Positions 25,294-35,570 of a stretch of 44,308 nucleotides of DNA are shown here, one piece after another. Under the pieces are notes generated by a model, which was not told the origin of the DNA, ran no database searches, and worked only from the letters and a program-made list of their open reading frames with translations. The stretch is from Klebsormidium nitens. Its lineage: Eukaryota > Plantae > Klebsormidiophyceae. Where the stretch lies: assembly GCA_000708835.1 (NCBI GenBank), contig DF237627.1, positions 1 to 44,308 on the forward strand, written 5' to 3'. Both the position numbers and the translations under genes were made by a program. Numbering within the stretch: position 1 is the first letter of the stretch; the number at the start of each line of letters is the position of its first letter.

Positions 25294-26557
25294 CGGGTTT
25301 AGGGGTTGATGGTACTGGGCGGAACGCTATCGTAGCATCTTGCTCAATAAGCAGAGCTTTACACGCTCATTGCTTTGCTTTATGTAACATGCAAATCATT
25401 AGATCAGTCGAGGTCTCAATGCTAGTGTGCGAGCAATCTTATTGAACATCAACGCATTGCAATCACGATTCTCGGCTTCCAAGGACAGTACATCATACAC
25501 CTAGTGCATTGTCATGGTAGTAACTACACCGATGCATATCCAGCTTGAATAGAAACAGTCATTCGAGCCTGGCTGCGCCACTGGCAGGCCCGGGCGGTCC
25601 GGGTGCTCGACAGCGACATGGTGATCACCATTTTGAGGAAACCCGTACCGAGGCACGGCATCTCAGCATATCCAGCTGTCGATATCAATATGGGTTTAAT
25701 GGTTGTAATGATCGCTGATCTGCGATCCAATCGCATTCTTGAGATCTTCCGACTGGCACCTGCAATCGCATTGCTTAGAGAAGCATGTCACATGTGGTCG
25801 GCCACGAACCGGACTGAAACCGTTCCGCGATCATGTAAAGCCTCTTGAAGAGCTCTTTACCATAGAGTATCTAGAGCTGAATATCCATACCATGCCGCCT
25901 GCAAACTGCGATTGAGCGCCTGCTGATTGCATGTGGTCGTACGTGATTTAACGCGGTCTTGCAAGGAATCCGTTGCATGCCAACTAAGCAACGCAATTGG
26001 TACACTGTCAGACGATCGAACAGCAGTGATCTAGGATCGGCGCGTACACAGTGACAGCACACACAGGCTGAGCACCGTCGAGCCGCCGTACGTTGGAAGT
26101 GGTTGTAGTGCAAGTGCATGCCATGCAATGGCCGGTGAACAGGCGTGCGCGCCCCATTTAGTCCAGCTTTTGACATACTGCATTCTGTATGTGGCTTTTC
26201 GTGGGAGCGCATATCTGATGAGAAGATTGGGAAAAAGCGTCAATTACGTACACGACTCAAGGGGGTCCCATTGTGGACAGCCAACATCTGTCCCTGCATT
26301 GATGCAGGCCATATCGCAAGCGCAACTCTCAAAATGTCAACGCGACCTGCCAAGATTTGCATCCCGTTGAGCTTGCACGGGGCCCTACCCGGCCACACAA
26401 CGAGGGATCTTGATTAGTACACGCCGTGCACATAAGGCGTGGGCCTGAGTCCAATCTTGCCAAGCACAAGCACCAGCGTTACTGCACGTCTGACCATATG
26501 AGTGTAACAATCTGACGATACTTCGATTGAACCTCTGTGTCGCATAAACGTAGTGAA

Positions 26558-29500
26558 TCATTCAGGGATCGCGTTTCTCAACCCTTCATCCCAACTAGGC
26601 ACCGTCACCAGGATTGCGGCTGCGCAATAAGTCACGTCGCTCGACGCATGGTTCCCGTAAACGTCAACAGACACCTTGCCCACCTCCCAGTCGGTTGGAC
26701 CGTCGACCGCCCACTTGACGTCTTTCCCGCCCCAGACCACCGGAAAGATCTGCGGAAAGCCGTGCTCGGAGAAGCCAAAAACCTCGTCCTTCTTTTGGTA
26801 CTGCCACGCGGATAGCGGCGCAACGACATCCGTCTCGCACCTTTCCGTTTCAATGTTCCGCTTCGTTTCTGCGGTGGTGGCGCCGTGCGGCTGGATTACA
26901 TCCTCCTCGTCTATTCCGTTTCCGGTGTCCGCTTCCGCTTCCACCAGTGACGCGAGCACGTCGGCCGCTGCCGCGGCCGCCCTCTCCGCCTCGTCGCGCT
27001 TGCGGCGCCGCTTCTGCTGTGCCATCCACAGCTTGCCTTCTTCCTCCTCCGTCTTGAAACCTTTCGAAACCCTGTGCAAGTGCACAAACCTCACCCCTAA
27101 CCCGAGCTGCTTAACCGCAGCGAAAAGCACCGCATCGGCTCCCTTGAGTAAAGGCACCGGGCGGTCGGCGAACTGGCTGTTCGTATGCGGGTACGAGAAC
27201 TGGCACGTAAACCCCAAAACCCCGCCAGCGGGCAGGAAATTTGCGCGGCCGAGCGCGCTTTGGAGCGCGCGGTACAGCGGGAGCGCGGACCAGTCGACCG
27301 CGGCCGCGAGCGGCGACTTCGCGCTGACGTCAGCGAAGAGGTTGTACGTCAGGGTGATGCGGTTGCCGCTGGTGACCTCCGTGATCTGCGGTGGACGGAA
27401 CGCTGCGAATGACTTTCCAAAGCAGACTGGTCATATCGTTTTAAAGATCGACTATACTGTCCAAGCACTTGAAAACATCAGGCAAAGATAGCTCAAATTA
27501 CGAGAGCGATAAGAGCAGTAACGTTGGAGTAAATCTACAAAAACCTCCGTTTGAAACGGGTCCAGATCAGACAGTTGGTGATCGACTGATTGCAAGCACG
27601 CAGAAGGTCAACTTGCGATTCCAGAATCTGCAGGCGAAGCGTGCCAAGCAAGCGTGACCAATTGAGATTGATTGACCGCCAGATCCATGAACCGCTTACA
27701 ATAGCTTCAAGGGCAACTTTTGCGTTGATCAGAACCTCACCTCGTGCTCGCAATCAGAGTAAAGTGCCACCCACTGGATCGTATCCCCCGACCGTTCGGC
27801 CCAGTCAAAAGTTGCATCAGCCAAGCGGTGCCGTACGTGAAGCTGGCCCCCGGTGTAAGCGCTAGGGAGACACACCACCAGGGAGCCGAACATGGCCTCG
27901 CCTTTCGGTGTGTCAACGTGCGCCTTGAAAAAGTCACCGGGCCTGCATGTTTGATTTCAAAGAACGTGGGAGATAAAAACTGAAAGGGCTAGCTGCGCCT
28001 AGAGAAAGCAGAGAGAGAAGGCAAGAAAAAGTTGGCGGCCAATTTGGAACCAGCAAACGGTCTCCCTGGCCGCGCACAGAGCGTCCAGCTTATTATGAAT
28101 ATTGCATGACGTCCTTCCTTTTCTGTTTCTTATCATTTAATTCAGTAACTCTCACCTGTACACGTTTAGCGTGTAGAGCTCCGCCCTTATGGTCTTTGCG
28201 TTCGGCGCCATGACGGTTTGCAAGTCGTGCAGGATGCCGTGGTCGGCAGGGTGGAAGGAACATGCGAAGCGGTCGTTCGCAAGCGACAGAGCTTTCCTGC
28301 AAATAACATATTCGACAAGTAGTGAGTGAGGGCGTGCTAAACTTGAAAATCAATGATGTTCTGTTGGTGAACAGCACTCAAAAAAGCTTGACTGCTTAAG
28401 CTTGAGGCGTTCCAAAGTCCTTGTACAAGTAGTTCTTGTTGGCTATATGAATATTAGTAGAACGGTGCATCGATGGGTTCTGACAGCGCAAATTGGCTTC
28501 CCAAAAATTTTGTGAACCGGCACACTTTCGCAACTACTGTCCTCCAGCCGGGCAAGACAGCGGGCCAGCTCTCCTCTATTTGTTGCCACTAGGTAAGTCA
28601 ACAGAAGATGAGTATCATTGACCCCGTTCCGCAGCAAGTCAATTTCTCAGTGACTTCAGAACCTCCTTCGACCAAAGATGTGCTGCAGGTCTTACTCTCC
28701 AACCTAAAGGTTTGTTAAGACAGAGAAAAAGATAGAGAAAGCCTGGGCAAGATGGAAGAGCTGTCAAGTCATGAGAATGTAATCCAGACCGGTAGGTCGG
28801 GTCCGTCACGTCCCTGTCCCCGAACCCAAAGCAGGCCTCCTCGCAGGCTTGGATCAGCTCCATCAAGTCCCCATCGTTTCCGGGCCCCAACGGTAACGCC
28901 AGCGTTCGCAGACTCTCCACACCCTCTTCCTTCTGCATACAGAGTCAGAATTGATTGTAAGCCTTCCATTTTGAGCTATCTGCAGTTTAAATCACTTCGA
29001 TTGCAGTCTACTCTGAAAACGACACGTGGGAAAGGCCTCGTTTTATCTGAGACTTTTCCGTATGTATCTAGATTGTGCGAGCCATTTGGCCAGTATTTTC
29101 ATCCTTGGGCTTGTTCGCAGGAGCATGAATTTGAGTTACCCCCAAACTCTGTAGGACTTTTGCCTCAAGCCCTTGTTAAGTGCGGGGAAAGCGATGAGCT
29201 CCTGCTAACTCCATCAGCGCCCTCAGATGGAAGTTACAGCGTTGACCTTAAACAGAAGACTTTTTAAGGCAAGTCATGCTACCAATCTTGCCTACAGTCA
29301 ACATGTAGATTCTGTAGTCTTCGAGAAAATGCTTTTGTTCGAGTCAATTACCTCCAGTGAAGGTCGTTGCTGAGTCATCTTACAATGAAGCCACGCCTCG
29401 TCTGTCTTTTATTTCTGTCGCAATGCTGCAGCAATTGACCAGGAAGAGCAAGATCAAAAGCAGTTGATTCTTGAGAAGCCAAAGATCCCCTCCGCACCTG

Positions 29501-29808
29501 CTTGAAGTACAATTGCACTCCGTCGGGAAGCGGAGCAACCCTTCCCCCTTGGCAGAACGTTGCTGAGAGGCCCTTCGCAGCGTCTCTAATAAGGCTGACT
29601 GCTTCATCTCATCAGTCTTCCTGACAAAAACGCTTCCATCTCGTGATTGTAATGAAGGCGCGCTGCAGCTCCTGATATTTATGCTCCACCTATGCCTTAA
29701 TGCAATTCCGGCAGGATGGGTTGAAGATGGCTGTGGTCGCCCCACAGGCAGGAGCATCTGTACTGCTGACGTGCCCAAGCCCGGGGCAAGCATAGCCGAG
29801 GCTGCCAT
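26558..29808 (-). CDS. 2OG-Fe(II) oxygenase-superfamily protein, copy A (intact HxD...H); 5' end has a frame discontinuity
   Basis: Phase-consistent exons (~29608)-29498, 28932-28790, 28296-28156, 27942-27741, 27385-26558. Motifs ELYTLNVYRPGDFFKAHVDTP...FGSLVVCLPSAYTGGQLHVRH...ALYSDCEHEITEVTSGNRITLTYNL give HxD, a distal His and the 2OG-binding Arg. ATG 29808 opens a transit-peptide-like ORF that is out of frame with the conserved part. Confidence 0.8.
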
Positions 29809-30202
29809 CTTCCTTGTTTTGCAACTTCTGACTTCTTACAATCATCAAGCAAGCAAATGGCCTGCTTCTGGCCTGCTTCCTAGCCTGCCTCTAGCCTGCT
29901 TCTACTAGGCTAGCTGCTAAGATGCTCCAAGGCTTTTCGATCAGGGTTTGGATTAAGGTGCCGGGACCGCAACCGCGTGCGGGCATCGCGCCCCGGCCCG
30001 CGCCTGGCAGGGGCCTGACCGCCGCCCCGGGGCCTGAGGTTTGGGGTTCGGAGGTTCCAATACGTTTTCGATATCGGACGCCGCGGCCGCCCTGCGCGCA
30101 TATGGCATGATTTGCTGTGCATGAACGCCAGAATACTGAGAATCACTTTGACTCTTTGACTTGTTGATAGAACCTCAGGCTTGAGCGCTTATAATTTCGG
30201 CC
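29809..30202. promoter_or_regulatory. Probable bidirectional promoter between the two oxygenase paralogs
   Basis: 394 bp between divergent ATGs (29808 on -, 30203 on +), with a GC-rich core (~29960-30045) and a short GCCTGC(T/C)TC-type tandem repeat (~29860-29903). Function is inferred from position only. Confidence 0.4.
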
Positions 30203-33200
30203 ATGAAGGCGGTTGGGTTCAGAGCTCCATCTTGTCAGCAGCTCATGCTGCCTGCAGAGATCAGGAAACCCCTCAACAGATGCGCTGCAATTCCTGCAAG
30301 ACGGTGCTTGACCACCTACTCTACCGCACCTGTAGGCCAGGGACCAAGGGCTTCAGGGAAGAATGAAGACGCAAAAGTAATGATCAATGAAATTGGAGAT
30401 GCCGCAAGGGGCCTTTCAGCAACCTTCTGCCAAGGAGGAAGTGTTTCTCTGCCCCCAGGCGGCTTACAACTATACTTCGAGCAGGTCAGGCTACACCCAG
30501 TCTACCTGTGCTGCTCTAAAGAAAGGGTTTTTCCGGGTCTTCAAGAAGCTTCTCTATCAGCTAACTGATGGTGCTTTAGCAAACATTAGCATCGTTTGAT
30601 GAAGGCATAGTCTCATGACGGAGTGAAAGTGTCCGAAGCCTTTTCTGGGGTGCACCAGGGGACTTGCCAGCAATAATGTCCAATCCTCGAGCTTCAGCGG
30701 CTACTGATATTCTTGAAAGTGTGACTGATCAACCGCGCAACTAAAGGCAAAACTGAGTGCTGAACAGGTGCTCAGATATGACGTCACCTTGTACTATTGG
30801 AAATGCAGGCGAGAGGAGAATGTGAAGAGGTGTGAGTACTCAAACTTCCGCTAGAACCGGGCAGAGAAGGCGACTTTATGGAGCTCGCCCAGTCCTGCAA
30901 CCTTTCCGGGTTGGTTGCAATTGCTTCCGCGTGATGTGTGCGATTGAAAAGCCACAACTTATCTTTCCTCAACAACGTTGCTTTTTACGGCCTACCAGGC
31001 TCAGACTGTTCGAGAAAACATTCTGGCATTGAAAGCACCCCTCGACTTTCCTGCTTCCAGTCAAGCTTATTTTGGAAAGGTGTCAAATCAGAGAAACTTT
31101 CTGCAATCATCCGAAAAACTTCGAACAAATCGAGTAAACTCTAGCCACCAATCCTAGCAGACTTCGCTTAGACAGGTTCGTCAAATGACCAATCATGAAT
31201 GGCTTCTGTGTGATAAAAAATCTGTATCGCCCTGGCTAAGAAGAATCCTTCACCTTTGCTTTTTGCCAGAATGGTGCCAAACTCGAAAGCGCTCGTTTTG
31301 CCTGCACCTTCCACCCGGCGGATCACGGCATCCTGCACGATGCGCATATCACTATGGCGCCAAATGCGAGGACGATAAGGGCTGAGCTCTAGACGATTCA
31401 CGTGTATCGGTAGGTTCTTCAGCACTCGCTAAGGCGGAATCACGTGACTCTTGCACTGGCAAGAAGCAAAGTATCTTCTTAGACCCTTTGGCAGCGATTC
31501 AACGAGTCTGCAATCTTGATTTTCCCAACTCAGAAGGACTTGAATCAAGCGCAGACTAGTCTGAGACGAAGTCAAACACCGAGCCTTACCTACGATGGAA
31601 TGAGATGGTGAGAAAGTTTGCCGTCTATACATTGGACAATCTCGGCTGTGGCTTGAAGCTTGCTCGTCAACGAGAGTGCTCGATCCTCACACGGCGCTCT
31701 GCGATGCAATATGAATAAGGACAATCTACAAGCCTGCAGACGGCTGAGGACGCTCGTGACAACCATTAACTTTGAAATGGATCCTTAGGGACGAAAGTTC
31801 GAGAATTCTCGGAGTAAACAACACTAGAAACCCTGATTGCAAAATTGCATGTTCCGCACCCGAACCCAGCCTGACTATCATACTAACCCCATCCCTTCCA
31901 TGTACCTTAAGTTCCTTGTTACTGTTAAAATTCTTGCCTGATTCTCATAAGGAGCTTTCTTAAGCGGCGGCGCCCTTAAGTTCCCTTCTCAACATTCTCA
32001 GGCCTGACACTGTGTACGAAGCGACTACGGAATCGCCACGAGGCGAGGCCTTGTTCGGTACTCTGGTGGTGTGTCTCCCGAGCGCTCATACCGGGGGCCA
32101 ACTGCGGGTCAGACACGGCTCAGCGACCGCGAACTTTGACTGGGCCAAGCGGTCGGGGGACTCGATCCCATGGGTGGCACTCTACTCTGGCTGCGAGCTC
32201 GAGGTAAAGGATAGAATTGAAGTATCTTTGCTCAGTTCGAGAAGTGTTTGTGTTGCCTGCGTGAAGGACCAAAGGATTGGCCTTGAGATCTGGCTGTTCG
32301 GTTGAGGCCAATCCTGACGTGCTCAGACTTTGTTGATAGAACTGGAGCGCACAACTTTCAACAGGATATCACAGGAAAGAATGTAGGATTTGGATTTCGA
32401 AGGTCTGAGATCCTTGGAGTTGTCAACCAGATCGTGTGAATTTTTGGAGCCAGCAGACTCGACAGTGTGTGCAGCCTAAGCATGCTCATCTTGAACGTGT
32501 TTTGATCAATGTTTTTAAAGTGCCAGCGGATTCACATTCCCGAGTTGTCTACTAAACGGAGTTCACCATTTATTTTTCTAGTATCTACCTTGCGCTTTCG
32601 GAGCATTTTTGGAGGCGGATGGGTGCGGGAATTGCGAAAGGCCCCTAACGGTTCGATGATCGGCTGAACCCCATTGAAAGCCTACTTAGCGGCCTTTCCG
32701 TTCTTGTTGCGGATATCTTGAAGGCAGCTACAGTAGCTGCTGAGGTTTTGCGAGCGAGAGCCAGTGTCCCGCTGCCACATCCCGATTCGAGCGTGTCTGA
32801 TAGCATCATATGCGCGAGCATCTTCTTGCAGCCCTCATAGCAAACTGTTTTGCTCCTCGACTCAATTCTGACCTGGACTTTGGGCAAATTCACAAGCCAT
32901 TGTCGTTGGATCATGTATGACACAGTGGAACCGTTCAAGATGAACGCATCTTCTGTGAAAAGCCTCTCTGATAGACAGAAACGGGCCGTTCCGGTAAGCT
33001 TTGATTCATTCTTGCAGATGGCGAAAATCACCAGCGATTACCGCATCACCCTCACATACCACCTCTTTGCGGACGTCGGCAGACAGTCGCCGCTCGCGGC
33101 CGCGGCCGACTGGTCCGCGCTGCCGCTGTGCCGCGCGCTTCGGAGCGCGCTCGGCCGCGCGACCTTCCTGCCCGAGGGCGGGGTGTTGGGGTTTAGGTGC

Positions 33201-33947
33201 CAGTTTCGGTACCCGCACACGAGCAACCAATTCGCACAGCGACCTGCGTCGCTGCTGAAAGGAGCGGACGCAGTACTCTTTGCGGCTATGCGACAGCTGG
33301 GGTTGAGGATTAGGTTTGCGCATGTTTACAAGGTTTGGAAAAGTGTCGAAGGCAAGAGAAGGGGAATGGAAGAAGAGGACGATGATGAGATAAGCGATGA
33401 AGTGAAGAGGATGGATAACATCAAGCGTCGGCTGGTGCGCGCGCGGCTCGAAGCGGAAGCCGCCGCGGCAGCGATATCCGACGTGCTGACGGCGCTGATG
33501 CGAGCGGAACCGGAAGACGAGAACGGAATCGATCCGGACGACATTCTCTTACCGTCACAGAGTGTTGCAGACCGCATCGGGACGGCGGTAACGCAGCGGT
33601 CTGAAGAGCCGGTGCGTTACAGGGCCCAGACCGAGATTGTCGCTCCGCTCTGCGCTTGGGAGTACCAGGAAAATGAGGGATCCCTGGCTGGTTCCGGTAC
33701 GTGGGAAGACAGCTTTCCGTTCTGCTTTCCGGTGCTGCGCAACGGAGCGGATGTTAAGTGGGCGGTCAAAGGGCCGACGTATTGGGAAGCGGGAAAACTG
33801 AGTGTGGAGGGGACCGGTTGGTACAGGGCTGCGAGCGAGGCTATTTATTGCGCGGCCGCGATCCTAGTCACGGTGCCCGGTTGGGGGAGTGAGCAAAGAA
33901 GTGATCTGATCGAGGAATCAGCAGCATCTGGTTCACACGCTGAATGA
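30203..33947 (+). pseudogene. 2OG-Fe(II) oxygenase paralog, copy B; probable pseudogene
   Basis: Exons homologous to copy A: 30203-30484, 30809-(end unclear), 31270-31409, 32002-32203 (202 nt, same as copy A), 33018-33947. In-frame stops at 30833-30835 (TGA, where A has R) and 31390-31392 (TAG, where A has TAC). HVD becomes TTE and CEHE becomes CELE. Confidence 0.8.
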
Positions 33948-35128
33948 TTGGTGCATGACTCGAAGCCACTCTGTTCAAGGTGGCTTCGAGAAGACAAAAG
34001 ATGCCGGGTCTCGGTCTGATTGAGATATAAGACGCCCTGTGGCATTCGAAAAGACCCGCAACTTCCCGTCTTTTGTGTTGGTATGGCCTATTCCGTCGGA
34101 GCAGAAGGCAAATCACTCTCTGCTCAGGATAAGCCACCGCGTGTGGAGGCCCCGGGAATACAAAAACTTTTCATTGAACAAGACGGCTGACAACCAAGGT
34201 CGGAAGCACTTATGAGGACTCAACTTTGCATGGAAAGCTTCAACGACGTTGGCATGCACGCTTAGGGGTGTTGAGCAACCTTGTGCTTCTCATCCATTCA
34301 TGGTGGCCGCCCCGGCCGGGCACAGCGTTTGAAGATGCAGATTACCGACATTGAGATCATCTTCATTAGCTGGCGCCGCGCGCGTTAACTTATAGTTTTT
34401 GCAGTGCGACGGTCGACATTTATTGGGCAGCGCTCCGCGTCATTACTTAATCCGGCCAGTCAATGGAAACTGCTTATATCCATTCTGTGCCAATATGCGC
34501 TCAGCATGATTTCAGTGTTGTCACGGTGGCTTGGCCCCTCATGCTGTAGCGGTTTGAAATCCGCTCGAGCGGGAACCTTTTTGAGATGCAGGGGTTAAAA
34601 CTTGCTGTATGGGGCCCCAGAACTGTACGGCCGACCCGGGCAATGCGGCCTACACCTAGGTGTTTGTCGCCGACCGCTCAGTGCAAACAAGCACTACAGG
34701 AATACTTGAAGGTCTTACACGACTAATCATCTTGCAATCGACCGCTTGTCTTGAGTAAAGAGAGACGGAAGGAAGCAATTTCCAGATTCATGCGAAGCCA
34801 GCGCACCAACAAGCACTTCTAACATGACACCCCAGAGCTGCAATTCGTCCTAAATACTGAGTACTCGTCTGTTCCTCCTGAATGCCTCAAAAAAGCTGTA
34901 TTCCATTCATTAGCGCAACAGACGGCTTTGAACCTCGTTTCTACGAGCAGCGGCTTCTTCTAGAATAGAAAGAGTCTCCCCTCGTATCCTCGGATACGCC
35001 CGTACTTGCAGTGCGCTCGTCGTCTGACCTTTTGACGTTCGTTTTTCTATCTCTCCTTTGTTACATTCTTATGCCTCATCTAATACCCGCTCAGAGCTCA
35101 CGGCCTTTCTACATCCTTTGACAAGTCC

Positions 35129-35570
35129 GCGCGCGCGCGGCACTGACGTATGCACTAACGCTGAAGGAACTCAGTCCGAAGGTGGTCGCCCCGCGCCTTC
35201 GCCTCATCGATCGGCGCCTTTCTGACGTCGCTAGGTTGTTGCAGGCCCGCGCCCGCCGCAAGTAGCATGCGCGCGAGCGCTCGCGCGGCGGTGACGTATG
35301 CACCATCGCTGAAGAAATTCAGTCAGCAGGCACTCGCCCCGCGCCTTGGCTCACCGATCGGCGCCTTTCTGACGTCATTTCTTACCGCGGGCCCGCACCC
35401 GCCGCAATGATGATGCGCGCGAGCGCTCGCGCGGCGCCACGTATGCACTAGCGTTGAAGGAACTCAGCCAGCAGACGGTCGCCCTGCGCCTTGGCCTCGT
35501 CTACCGGCGACTTCCTGACGTCATTGAGTTGGCGCGAGTCCGCGCCCGCCGCGACGAGCATGCGCGCGAG
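35129..35570 (-). repeat. Three tandem ~145-148 bp units: the 3' part of the channel's last exon plus stop, and two downstream copies
   Basis: ACGTATGCAC anchors at about 35146, 35294 and 35439. Unit junctions carry the perfect palindrome CGCGCGAGCGCTCGCGCG at 35270-35287 and 35416-35433. Confidence 0.9.
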
